Of a stretch of DNA of 64,000 bases, positions 35,001 to 46,885 are shown piece by piece (positions within the stretch are counted from its first letter, which is position 1; each line of letters begins with the position of its first letter). Below the pieces are notes generated by a model. It was not told the DNA's origin. It made no database searches and saw nothing but the letters and a program-made list of their open reading frames with translations. This stretch comes from Botryllus schlosseri (lineage: Eukaryota): NCBI GenBank assembly GCA_051294905.1, contig CM119385.1:12772001-12836000 (forward strand). The letters are read 5' to 3'. The position numbers were made by a program, and so were the translations under genes.

Positions 35001-38000
35001 ATGAGTAATGAGTAAACTAACGTTTAAAACGTCCGGATATGTACTACTTTGTAATTGCATATATTTGCTGCGCTGAATTGGGATATTCACGTATCATTTC
35101 TGCTTTATAATATTTCACAGGGAGGGGCAAGGTATAGCCTATCGACTAGCGAGTCGTAACGCATTGACGCTCGTGATCTTTTATTATAATATCCGACAAG
35201 AATAATGCTTAGCGCGGAATATACTTGACTAGTTCCGCTTTATTTCGCTTGAATGTATTCACAGCTCCGCAGCTGCAAAACGAATTGGTTGGGAGTTCGA
35301 ATCAGGCCCAAGTCGGTTCCAGTATTCCTACCCAAGTGTTTCTGGTTTATGTAGGGTGTGGGCTTGTACTGCTCGTACGATCCGCGTAGACGGTGTCTTG
35401 CAAAGGCCCCGACCCATAATAGTCGGTGGATCAGGAACCGTAATAACGAATACCAGCCTGGTGTAAAATGACCAATGACCATCCTATAGTACTAGAAACA
35501 CCATTAATACCAACCTACTACGTTAGTGTGACCACTGACCACTGATAAGTGTGACTAACTGTCTCTAACATTAATTTTGTAATTCACATATAGGTGGCTT
35601 TTCATTAGCTTTTCATTAGCTTTTCATTAGTTTACTTAGCTTTTCATTAGCTTAATTAGCTTCATTAGCTTTTCATTAGCTTACTTTTTCATTAGCTTAA
35701 TTGGCTTTTCATTAGCTTTTCATTAGCTTACTTAGCTTTTCATTAGCTTTTCATTAGCTTACTTAGCTTTTCATTAGCTTCATTAGCTTTTCATTAGCTT
35801 ACTTTTCATTAGCTTACTTTTTCATTAGCTTACTTTTTCATTAGCTTACTTAGCTTTTCTTTAGCTTAATTAGCTTCATTAGCTTTTCATTAGCTTACTT
35901 TTTCATTAGCTTAATTAGCTTTTCATTAGCTTACTTAGCTTTTCATTAGCTTAATTAGCCTTTCATTAGCTTAATTAGCTTTTCCTTAGCTTAATTAGCT
36001 GCATTAGCTTTTCATTAGCTTGCATGTACAAAATAAAGGCACCCCTATCTGTGTGTAGCCGCAAACTGCCCGTGCTGTTTAACGGCGAAGCCCATCTGTC
36101 CGCGTTGTTGTACGTTTGAATTTGATGTTATGGAAAATATTTGCCTCGTCATCTAGAGAGACCGCAGCGACCACACGACAAACAATTTTCAAAATATTGA
36201 TTCCGATAGACATGTTTTCCTACACTCCTTCCGTTTCAAACTATCCACCTCATTTTCAAGATAATCTTCCCCGCTATCTGTTGATACAATCGCGATGCCC
36301 CACTATTATAGCCGAATCTCCCGTCAATGCCGCGGGGCGATATCTTTGTTGTTATTTTCTCGCCTTTTCTGGTCGTTCTCGGCTCTTTGTTGTGAAACAG
36401 AACGCTCGTCACGTGACTTGAACAGCGTTGTTATTTTTCAGAGAGAACACTTGAAGATCGCTCAACAGTACTTTCAGCTCGTCGGAGGGTCTGCGAGCGA
36501 GTGCGGTGAGCATTTGGCGGGTTATTTCAGTCGCTCGCAATGTCGCTAATCCGTTGATAACACGATAGGTTTAAAAGATTTACGTTATCACCCCGCGCAT
36601 GGCTGGCCGTGGTCCCGAAATTGATAGAGAGAAACAGCTAATGTTTGCTCTATGCTCAATGGTAATCAATGTCGCTTGCGTAAATATGGGGCGCGAATGG
36701 CCCAGATGTGATCAAAGTTATCATCGTTGGTGCTGAAATAGAATCAACATAGTGTTTCTCCAAAGGAGCCACGATACGTCCTACTTCGAAATTGTGTGGA
36801 TATTGGTGTATCGGCATGACTTCAAGAATAATTCCTTGACGGAAAAAAACAGATTTGAGTATCGGCCGATATCGAGATTATGTTCGATGCCGAGATTTCT
36901 TGAAATCCTCTACGCCGGTGCGGATACGAAATTTAAAAACGAACTTGCCGAAAGTGCGTGATGGTTTGAACCTGCCCATTCCTGCCTTATGATTTTGTTC
37001 CTCATTTCGCCATGAGCTCCATTCCACTAATTGCGGGCTTTGTCCTAAAACTTACTTGACGATCGGGTCTCTTACAGCAATTGTGACGCGTCATTGGAAA
37101 CCTTTTTTGTCCAATGTGACCAATTGTCATCCGGGAAACTATAGTATCCGGTGCATTTACGATTCCGCATTTCAGAGTGCTAGATGTTCTCATGTGATAA
37201 AACTCTAGATATCAAATATATGCTTGGTGTAACATTCTGGTCGTTCAGTAATCATCCCGTTCGGACTTGAATACCGTAAAATTGGACCGAAAATCGCCAA
37301 AATATTGACAACTTCGACATTTCGGTTCTGCGCCTGATGTACCATGTTTATCTCGCTTTCAGAAATAAGCCGTTAGTGTTATTACAATCCAACTCTATTG
37401 ACTTTTGTTTACCACTTATTTGGTGCCATAGGCTTATTCATCGCTCCATATGATAGCGTATAAATCATAACAAAAACAATAAGATATACGGTGGTTTGGT
37501 TTTTGTAGCTACCAACAAAATACAAAACTTGATATCTGTAAGCCGTAACCGCACACCATAGAAAGCACCGACTTCGTGATTTCGAGATGTTATTTCTCTG
37601 CGTCGTCTACATGTTCGTGACGAATTTCCAACGCATTGCAAATGTTTACAAAGTATCGCGGTTGTCTGTGAAATAACCAAACGTGTTTACTGTTCAGGCA
37701 TTCAGGAATGGTATGAGTGAATTCATGAAACTCCCAAACATCTTTCGAGAATTACCAGCGCGGGGTGGCAAAAGCCGTTTGTGACCCTCCAGTTGTGGCA
37801 TCGAGTATTTTACGTTAGTACCGCACGTGGCGAGATAGCGTAGTGGTATAATCCACGGATGCAACACGAATGGTCTACTGGTACGCGACCGAGGTTAGCT
37901 CAGACATTAGCTCAGAATTCCTACCTAAGTGTTGGAGTTTTATCTGGGCTCCTCCTCGCCATGTGATTCGTGTAAGTGGTGTCGTACAAAAGCCCAGAAG

Positions 38001-41000
38001 TGGGTCGTGCTACAAGTCGGCAGATACGGAATAAATATGAAGAATATCGGCCTGGTGTAAATGACCATTGCAGTCGACAAGCACTATGAATACCACAAAC
38101 AAACCGTTGATTACGCCACATTTTATCTGTCGATTCATCGAAATTTCTCGCCCCTACTAGCTTTTATTCAGTTTTCGCCCGTCGGTACCATCCGTTTGCG
38201 GAAGATTGCAGTGTAACATAGTTGATTTTTCAACCCTGGGTAGCTTTCAATTTGTTGCGGGTTGAATTCTAGATCGCGGTACTGCTACTGGCGGGGTCTA
38301 TTTCATTGCGTTAGCACTCACATTCGGCCCAATATACCTGGGTCATTCTCGGACCAAAATGTACCTCAGTCTTCAAAACCGGTATAATGAGTGTATGCCC
38401 TTTTATCCATAACTTGCCTGGCTCTCGGAACATATGAAACACGTTGAGTGAGCACGGCCTCAGGGAATATACAAATTAAGTAACGAATGGGGCGAGGGTG
38501 GTCTCGGCCCGATAATAGAGCTTCTCGGGTATAAACGCAGCAAAATTGGTTAGTTCGCGGTCGATTAGGGTTACATTTTTATCTCTAATTTCGCAGGCGA
38601 AAAGCTGATCAAGATCATGCTTTCGACTTATTCGCCACCGTGACAAACATGTCAGTTACAAGACTACACATTAGCTGTTGGCTTTCACCTTGTGTGCTTC
38701 TCAGTAAACTACACTGATTAGTCAATTGGACCACTAGTGTCTGTATATGCAGGGATATCTAGATATCCCTGTGTATATGTACTGTATAGGTCATCACTAA
38801 CGCCGACTTTGAGACTAGTGTCTCCCTATTGAACTGGCCAGTTCGCGGTTAAAACTGCTGGATGGATATTACTTCGGGTTGTTGAGAGAGTTTTGTAAGT
38901 TACCCTATTCTCTCGCAGACTACTCATCGCGCCTGTCTTTGTGTGATTCGACTCCTTGCGGTGTTGATTTCCAATTCGCGTGTTACCTTTATGACAAAAT
39001 ACCACCCGTCTTGGAATTTGTTGTTACGCGCTGCTGCGTTGCGTAATCGCTTGCTACGCAAAAATGCGAGTGATACAGCACATTTCTGGGGAAATGCGCA
39101 CGGCTCATGATTTCATGATCTCACAGTTGCCTAACAGAGTTCATGTGCTGTAAAGCGAAGAGACGCGCCTAAGCGTTTGATAATGATAAACATGGTCGGT
39201 GCGAACGCGCACGGATCGCTCAATGGCTAAAAATAGAGCTATTAAATCGTCCTCAACTAGACATCTGTTGACATCGTACCCCTTACTTGTATTGTGTTGT
39301 ATATCTTGAATTTCAAAATCATCAGAAATCCCAACTGAGAACGGTCAATATTGCCACAAAGAAACCAATCTCAAACCCGTTTCCGTAATCGTGATGCCCA
39401 TTTCTTTGTACGACTTCACTGGCAAGTCTATTTATTACATGATAAAATCAGTAATTGATTTGGATTCTACCTGATGAACTGCAGAAGTAGGCTCAACTTC
39501 AAACCGCTTCAGTAACTAGAATGTTAAATGTAAGCTATACGCGAATTTAGTCGAATTTAGTTATGCCCAGTGTTAATCAAAGTAGTTATTGCTGCTCGAT
39601 TAGAAGTAGAATTGACATCTTAAATGTCTACGCAAGTACAAGTATAGGTAATAATTTCCAAGTAAACATCGTGGACTTAGTTTAGACTAGAAAAACTGAA
39701 ATCTACCTCTAGTTATACTTCCGAACTGACTCTTTCTATGTTTAACGGTGAACTATTGATTTGAATATGTTTGGCATTATATAACACAGCACACATTGAA
39801 ACGGGAACGGGAACGATAGACGTACAAACAAGGAATGCCCCACTCTAAAAACAAGGTTCAATCCTGGCGCCTTTCTTTGCTGGGATCTTGTAGATCAGTG
39901 TGTGTATTCGTCGAAACGGGAATTTCGCACATTCAAATAAATGGATACACCTAACCGAAAACCAGGTTGTTCCCGGCAAGCATTTGCAATGTAGCGCAGG
40001 CGCTTGTTTACTCTCTCGAATCCGCGATTGCGGTGCAATTTTTCTCTCCTATCATATATACGTCACTCGCATTGTCTGCCGCATACACTTTTTGTAAATA
40101 CCGGTATTGCACTATCATGGAGTACGCTAATATTTGCGTCCGCAGGCATGATACCTCAATGATAATGTCAAGGGTATATATTAGGGCTGTTCAAAAAAAA
40201 CTTTTTTCCTGAATCTTGCTGGCTAAGTGATTGAATCGTTAGGTTGCCTTAAAAAACGACGCACACCAAATTTGACTTCATTCCATCCGGTAATCGCGGA
40301 TTTCTTACAGTTTGAAAATTTTGAATTTACTAAAAAAATGCAAAGATAATTTTTTTTCAAATTTTTCTGTCAACTAAATGAAATTGTTGCGCTGTCTTCA
40401 AAATCGATGCAAAACAAAATTTGACTCAATTCCAACCCGTAGAAGCGGAGTTATTTGAGTTTTTCCATGATAATTCCTGGATTATCCACCGATCAAGGAT
40501 AATCCCAGAATTATCAAAGAAGATTGAGTCAAATTTGTTTTGCATCGTGTTTGAAGACAGCGCAACAATTTCATTTCGTTGACAGAAAAATTTGAACAAA
40601 AATTATCTTCGCATTTTTTAGTAAATTCAAAATTTTCAAACTGTAAGAAATCCGCGATTACCGGTTGGAATGAATCCAAATTTGGTGTGCGTCGTTTTTT
40701 AAGGCAACCTAACGTCTTAATCACCCAGCCAGCAAGACTCAGGAAAAAACAGCCCTGGTATATATATGATACACGCGAATTGTAGAGTGTGTGTCCACTG
40801 TTCAGTTTCTCGCGCGTAGCCCTAAATATTGACTGGGAAAGTCTTTATTACATCGCAGTAAACATGACGGCTTCTCCGAAACGTATCGCCGCCAGTCGTT
40901 GCCACCTCATAATTTAAAGTCTGTAACTGGGCAATAGATATTTCAGCGGTTGGTAATGTGGCTTTACCACGCGGCATAGGCTTTAGCGTCCTAATCCCAG

Positions 41001-44000
41001 TTACGGTGATTCCAGTGTGACGAACTTAACTCATCGGTAATAGCCCTATGCCGAAGCGCTCGCCGGTTCCCTCGGGTGTCGATGAACTCGGACGAGTTTA
41101 TCTCGGTCCTAACGTTATTGAATGTCGATGCTTTGTTTAAGACACGATCCCCGGTCGGCAATGCATGGCGTCCTGCTTCTTCTTGCTGAAACAATTCGAT
41201 GACGTGCTGATCTATCTTAACTCTGTGAAGGTGAGTGATTATATTTGCCTTGGTTTCGTCTTTTTGTTGCCTAAAGCAGCACTCTGACGTATTCCTGAGC
41301 CCTCTCCGCGGCATAATAATAGACTTGCATAATGGCACCCGTCATATAGAACCAAAAGCACTGATGCTACTTGAGCGGGAGTAGAAGTGATGCCACGATG
41401 AAGTGACTTACAAGCAAACAGGTCGAAAAGTACTACAAATTGACGTAGGCAATGAGCGGTCGGAAAAGAACTGTGGATCTGAAGAGATCTTCTCGGGAAT
41501 TCGCTTGCTAGCACGGGATATATTTCAAAATGCCAGCATGCGCGTCTTGTGCCAATCTGGAATTTTCGAAAGGGCTAAGGAATGGCGTGATTTTAAATGT
41601 GCTTCCTTCGTTTTGGCGGTCGTTGAGATGTCGCTTGTAAAAATCATACAAATCTATTGATGCATTACTACCTAAGGCCTTCGTTGCCTGCCGCCGCTGG
41701 TCGTGCGGAGTTCGATCTAATCCGTCCCGGCGTTTCGCAGAGCTATTTCTACAACGACGACTGCTTCAACTTCAACTACGCCCAGGCGAAGGCGGCGTCC
41801 GGAAACTTCAAAGAGGCGGAGGAGGTCTTCCTGCTGATTAACAGCGAGAAGATTCGCAACGACTACGTCTACTCGAGCTGGCTCGCCAGATGCTGTGAGT
41901 CAGAGTTGGACGAAATGAAATATAGCTACACATTTTTTTCCAATTTGATCAGAATTAGAATTACTCAACTCGCAAAAAAATGAAAATTGAATTGAATTCC
42001 GAATTGCAATGAAATACAACAATATTCAAATTCAGTTCCTATCTAATATGAGTACAATCTCACGAGCACGAAAATGGCAAATGTCTTTACACCAAGTTTG
42101 TCTCATTTCGCACCATACCGTTGTCCTGTAGCATATCCCGGAAAACTAGAAATTAGAATTAGAATTAAAATTACACTAGAATTACATTCAGGCATTACGC
42201 ACTGGCTAGTTTAATGAGACAACTAGAATTATATGGCGAAGATGCCGCCCGAAGGAGTTATTAGTTGCATTCAATCCCCTTGGTAAAATGTAAATTGTTA
42301 CAAATTCGATGTCCTAGTCCAAATCCAGCTTTAAAAAGGTATTAATGTGGCTAAAATCCAAATCCAAACTCGTGCTCTTGTCTGGCGGATATGCGACCCT
42401 GACGATTCATAGTACACGCGACCGCCTTTATTTTGGAAGCCTGACATTTGATAAGCCGAAAAAACCACGCCTAATCTACTAATTACATAGCGGGATGTCT
42501 ATCTTACCGTATTCGGAGAGAGGATAGACCTTGGACGCGATATTCTAATCGGCAAGAACCTCACATTACGGGTGGCCGTCTCTAGCTCGCTGATGAAAAT
42601 CGAGACGTTGCATATTTCATGCGGTATCGATCTTCTTACGTCCCGCCGCGCGACCGCATTGTATTGTCTGATCGTGCGATATCTCGCGAGTGCTGTATCT
42701 CACAACTCGAAGCTGTCGGGACGTGGATCGAATCGCCGCGCGTTCGAGTCCGTTGGACTTGGAAAACATTGCACTGTTGCAGCACTTGACCTCAGAGGTG
42801 GTCGGTAATGAAGTATTTGTAGTTTTAGAGTGTGCTCGAGTAGGTTTGCCAACCTGCATTACTATGGTTTTCGATTACTCTCAATCAAATATTAAACACT
42901 TTTAGACAAAGCTACACTTACACTTTACAATCTGGATTGTGAGAAGTATAAATATATTTGGACCTCACTTTTATCAGTGAAATTTTCGTAAGAACCGAGA
43001 GCTACTCTATAGGTCCCGTCTCGCCCGGGCATCCGTCATATGGGGAGGCTTCAAATTTGAACGACAGTGATTCAATCAAACGATCTATCTACATCTAGGT
43101 CAGGCACTGTCGTGCTTGGCCGGGGCTGCTGAACTTCTAGCCTGCACGCAATTGCGTCATAGATAACGTTGAGATGCCGCTAATCAATCACATCACTCTT
43201 TGTTAAGCAGACCAAAGATAGAACTCTACTAGAAATAGTTTTAAAGCATGTTTTTTTAAATCACTCCTTTACATTTAGTGCAATATACTCGATCTAAGTA
43301 GCATGAAAAATAAGAAGAAGTTGCAATATAAAATTCCCTCAAACAGCTTAAAACACCATACCACACAAATTTTAAGTGCTTCGGAAGCTCCGGGAATCTT
43401 GGAAAAAGTTGCAAAGACTTGCCCAAGTTAATAGTTGTTGGCGTTAGTCGCGAAGATGCATCTCGCGAATTCGAGAGCATCCATCTCCGATCACCTGCTT
43501 AAAAGTACGCGACCGTGCAACTAAATCTACTCAGTGAAACCACTTGACTTTTTTTCAAACCTTTCATCTTCTACATTCACTTGAAGTAGTTTTGGAAATT
43601 TTGGCGGATTATTCCATTATATTTCCAGATGCACTCGATTGCACTCATAATCATCTTACCCTTGTGCCAACTCCGATTCGTCGCTAATTACATGTCAGAG
43701 GAGTCAGGTTTTAGATTTATAGCTACTTTGCGACCGTAAAGTGATATTACAGGGGAAGCGAGGAGGCCGATTTTGAATCCCAATCTTTTGATGACCGTGA
43801 GCGTGGTGCCTTCTAGTCTTGCATTCAGTTTGGAAATATCACGCGGTTCTGACAACTTCACTGATGCGATCTCATCGCAAAACTGCTCTCCACTTTTCAA
43901 AATTTAGTTGTTTTGCCTAGAAAACTGTACAAGTGTACATAGTGTACAAGCATAATTGCAAATTGGCCTCTGAGTACGTAGTGCGAGTATAGACAAATAC

Positions 44001-46393
44001 TCTGAAAAGTAGAACTCCGTTGCTGACCACTTCCGCCGGTACCCAATGCCGTGTCTGCGTTTTTCTTGTGTGGTTGTTATTGCTGTTTGTGTGTTATGTG
44101 TTTCTATCTCTTACATCTCTTTGCCACGCAGACATTATGAACAAGAAACCGCGCCTGGCGTGGGAACTCTACCTGAAGATGGACACGTCCGGAGAGTCCT
44201 TCAGCATTCTACAGCTGATCGCCAACGATTGCTACAAGGTACGACGCAAATTACCGCGCCCTGTAATCCGACCCTGTACTTTGCACTCTCCCCTTTAGAT
44301 GGGGCAGTTCTACTACGCCGCCAAGGCTTTCGATGTCCTCGATCGTATCGACGGCAATCCCGAGTACTGGGAAGGCAAACGCGGCGCCTGCGTTGGGATA
44401 TTTCAGATGATTTTGGCTGGGCATGAACCAAGGTAATGGCGTGTTTTCTTTTCTCAGTCAAGGCTCGGCGGATATTGTTGTGGGGTTTCCGTTCGTCGGT
44501 CATTTTGTAAGACGCCGCTTACGCGGATCGCCTCTTTTGAGACGGTCCGTTCATTATGATAAGGTTTTATTTTATTCTTCATTGATTTGATGTCGAAGCT
44601 TCTGGTGATTGATCTAATATCTATGTTAATTGAGTTATGCACCCGATGCAGGCCGGTAATCTGATCCTGTAGGAACAGCGTAATTTATCAACTTTCTGAC
44701 TGTACTTGGCTATTCTAAATGAGCTCAGAAACGATTATACGACGCCGCGTCCACAGCATCGTAGACAAGTTGACAGAAAAGCTGTTGAAAACAAATTCCT
44801 GGCATGCGCGTGCGATGTACTACAATAAAGTAGCGAGTACGATTTAATAGTGTTTATGACGCTCTGTGTTATTCGCAAAGCGGATAAAGGTTTCTGTTTT
44901 AAACCGAAGTTTGAGTCACGTACGCAAAATACTCATTGTGTATTCCATCTGGTCGTAAATTACGGGCGAATGTGTCGCAGACACGACTGCGGTCGCGAAG
45001 TTGATAGCTTCGAAAACAATAAGTGGTTTTCGAGAGAGTTCCAATGTCTTCATTGCGGGGTGGGTGTTTAGCGACACCGAGTGGTCAGATTTGGAATTTT
45101 CATACTGTCTGTTTTATCAGCTATTTCAACTTTCACTAATCCTAATCAAAACCAAATCCCCAATTCAGTCGTAGTGCATTTCTGAATATATACCCAATCG
45201 TTCATCTCTAATAACCCGGTCATGTAAAGACAAGCTTATGCCAGTTCTAGATTCTTTATGGACATATCCTCTTGACTATGACTGCTAACTTTTAATCGCT
45301 ATACTGTCCGCGGGTACACAAAACTCTCGCACAAAAGATTGGTCAAACCGTGGAGATATTTCCGCGCGCCAGTGTCAGGATATGCTCCTTTTCGTAGATT
45401 GTACCCATTTGTAGCTTCATCAGTCATTTTGGGTTTGATCGTGAGTTGGGCTGGGCCCTGGGCGCAATGATTCGAGTACTCGAATCTGAATCTAGTATTA
45501 CTTTTAATGATTCGAGTCGAGTAGTAAAAGACGATGTTTTCGAGTACTGAAATTATACGCTCTTCGCTACTGAAAGTTAATTTACTAACGCGAATTATAG
45601 TTTTGATACTGATTTTCCGCTGTGGAAACCCTGAAACCTTGATTGGCCGTGTCACAGCATACGAGACATAGTACAAAGCTACGAACGTTACTGGAAATAA
45701 CACATTTCCGAAGTCATGATCATCCCACAACATTGTCAAGAAGTGCAATGAACTCGGTATGGTCGAAAAAATACCAAAGTATCTTTAATGTGATGGATAA
45801 CAGGCATTATGTTCTTTGTGGTGGCATAAAAGTTACATATTTGAACTTTGACATAGTACATTCTGCTGTGAAGTCATAATGTGCGATACTCGAATACTCG
45901 ACTCGTAATACTTGATTCAGAATCGAATCACTCAGGTACTCGATTTTGCCCGGCCCTTATCGTGAGATGAGATGCATTTCGCGATTTCGAAAATAACCGT
46001 AATTTAGCAATTGTCAAAAGTCTACGAACCCTCGAACCAGTCTACATTTCGAAACTACTTACATGAGCACTTTTCAAACCTTTCATTTTTCTTTCCACTT
46101 ACGCAGTTTTGACAGCTACATGTACTTGTAATTTAGTTTAACTCTACGAAATCTACTTCAACTTGAGTAGAAACGCTTACTTCTTTGACCACCGATGCTT
46201 TTCCACGATCAACATGATCGTAATACGACACCATCAATGTAAACCAACCCCGTTCGAATGATACTTTTCCTTACGCAGGGAGACCCTTCGCGAGGTAATT
46301 ATGCTTCTGCGCAGCACCAGCAACCCGCAGGTCGAGTACATTCTCAGGACTATGAAGAAATGGGGCAAGGAGCATCAGCTGAACCTTCAGTGA
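17046..46393 (+). CDS. TTC26: Intraflagellar transport protein 56 (IFT56/TTC26/DYF-13), 554 aa, 16 coding exons
   Basis: Exons 17046-17048 (ATG only, inferred), 17914-18048, 18646-18738, 18814-18928, 20372-20421, 20549-20694, 22315-22384, 22855-23031, 24187-24289, 32355-32464, 36442-36505, 41142-41230, 41741-41894, 44132-44238, 44299-44432, 46279-46393; 1665 nt in frame. Recognisable segments include [66 protein letters not shown] and [19 protein letters not shown] at 46516. Confidence 0.95.
17265..17770. mobile_element. CACTA/EnSpm-type MITE (506 bp) in IFT56 intron 1
   Basis: TIR CACTACAAAAAAAATTAGACAAATTTGGTCTCAAAT mirrored at the right end; 2-bp TA TSD; internal 17-bp tandem repeat TTGGTCTTTAAGACTTA x4 (17648-17714). 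Confidence 0.8.
18987..19600. mobile_element. MITE-like repeat rich in GACTCGAGTC palindromic subterminal motifs
   Basis: Many ACTCGAGTC/CAAGTC motifs, oriented oppositely at the two ends; related pieces at ~23385-24025. No TSD found. Confidence 0.55.
19757..19778. mobile_element. 22-bp palindromic micro-element CAGGGATATCTAGATATCCCTG with flanking direct repeat
   Basis: Perfect palindrome; GTATTATGT on both sides (19748-19756, 19779-19787); identical copy at 38750. Confidence 0.75.
19869..20027 (+). mobile_element. 5'-truncated R4/Dong-like (RLE) non-LTR retrotransposon C-terminus next to a (TAA)n tract
   Basis: Translation [50 protein letters not shown] resembles the IVIGALG...QK..LLGT..ILR end of R4-clade ORFs; preceded by AATAATAATAAT. 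Confidence 0.6.
20944..21207 (-). mobile_element. Near full-length tRNA-derived SINE between IFT56 exons 6a and 6b
   Basis: Minus strand: GTGGCAAGATAGCGCAGTGG (A-box region), GGTTCGAGTCC (B box), family body and GTAAATGACCAT tail. Confidence 0.8.
21856..22007 (+). CDS. TTC26: Duplicated alternative IFT56 exon 6b (candidate mutually exclusive exon)
   Basis: TTCAAG|acceptor and AG|GTGAAG donor; 152 nt open, phases 0/2 identical to exon 20549-20694. Encodes [50 protein letters not shown], 20/48 identical and gap-free against exon 6a. Confidence 0.8.
28926..29566 (-). CDS. Nested antisense gene: small single-pass membrane protein with three PPxY motifs (~154 aa)
   Basis: Exon 29566-29365 (MNITAYNSS...[37 protein letters not shown], donor T|GTAAGT); exon 29188-28926 (alternative in-frame acceptor at 29317) encodes PPTY, PPSY and PPPY. 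An in-frame upstream stop supports the ATG; N-glycosylation sequons precede the TM and a basic stop-transfer follows it. Confidence 0.65.
30201..30220. promoter_or_regulatory. Adjacent CLEAR/USF-type E-box GTCACGTGAC and CRE TGACGTCA, upstream of the nested PPxY gene
   Basis: Both perfect palindromes were read directly, 2 bp apart, ~635 bp 5' of the ATG at 29566. Confidence 0.45.
32977..34248. mobile_element. hAT MITE nested in the foldback (inverted sister of 14943-16278)
   Basis: Perfect 8-bp TSD GTCTCGAC (32969-32976, 34249-34256); right end TACGGCCCTG; internal blocks match the reverse complement of the 15-kb copy. Confidence 0.9.
34261..34487 (-). mobile_element. tRNA-derived SINE with (GACCAT)n tail
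   Basis: B box GGTTCGAGTCC on the minus strand; tail GGTGTAAATGACCATGACCATGACCATGACCAT. Confidence 0.8.
37827..38090 (+). mobile_element. Near full-length tRNA-derived SINE
   Basis: GTGGCGAGATAGCGTAGTGG head, CTGGGCTCCTCCTCGCC core, GTGCTACAAGTCGGCAG and GGTGTAAATGACCATTG tail. Confidence 0.8.
38750..38771. mobile_element. Second copy of the 22-bp palindromic micro-element, with 8-bp TSD
   Basis: CAGGGATATCTAGATATCCCTG flanked by TGTATATG on both sides (38742-38749, 38772-38779). Confidence 0.8.
40182..40757. mobile_element. 576-bp hAT-type foldback MITE, almost entirely self-complementary
   Basis: TAGGGCTGTT...AACAGCCCTG; ~250-bp inverted arms plus a central hairpin; perfect TSD GTATATAT (40174-40181, 40758-40765). 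Confidence 0.9.
45446..45958. mobile_element. hAT-type MITE (513 bp) with CGAGTACTCGA subterminal motifs
   Basis: Ends (T)TGGGCTGGGC / GCCCGGCCCTT; perfect TSD ATCGTGAG (45438-45445, 45959-45966); inverted partial sister at 50727-51081. Confidence 0.85.
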
Positions 46394-46885
46394 GCGTTCG
46401 AATCCAGAATTCGCGCCCAGCGATGGTGTTTGGTCTTGTCAGAGGACCTGCCTTACTGTGAAAGTTATAAATATGTAGACGGTTGTGGCTTGCTTATATT
46501 TTTGTACGTTGACGTAATAAAGAAAATGTACCTGAATTGCTTTTGGTGTTTCTGAAGATGCTGTGTCACGCGATTTAAGGCCGCAAGTATTGCGATTATG
46601 CTGACGAAGGCGCTCGAAAAAAATAGGACCTAGGCCATTCAATCAAGTAGGTCCAACATTATGTGGAGAAACACCAGCTTCTATTGGTAGACTATAGTTC
46701 CCACATGCCATAGCATGAACGGGACTTCATGCAGGCCTGTTTCAATAAACCGATACAATTATCATTGAATCTGACATTTTGTTCCACAAAACACCGTTCA
46801 AGATAGATCAGTGGTTCTCAACCACCGGTGCCTGTCGGTGGCAAGTTTACTGCCGTTCCGTCAAATATATTAGAAACTTATGGGG

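Larger units (their letters stand above)
32485..36044. mobile_element. 3.56-kb Mutator/Foldback-like element with AAGCT-based tandem-repeat arms
   Basis: First 70 bp of the TIRs identical (GGGTGCCTTTATTTTGTACATGCAAGCTAATG...); arms of AAGCTAATG/TAAGC repeats at ~32509-32735 and ~35595-36020; perfect 9-bp TSD CTATCTGTG (32476-32484, 36045-36053). Confidence 0.9.

Noticed and set aside
45299-45748. 149-aa minus ORF (and similar ORF 50855-51082)
   Set aside because: Both run through copies of the same non-coding MITE.
6413-46393. Functional clustering of PKA-RI and IFT56 (both ciliary/Hedgehog regulators)
   Set aside because: Adjacency of two genes is not evidence of co-regulation without conserved synteny data.
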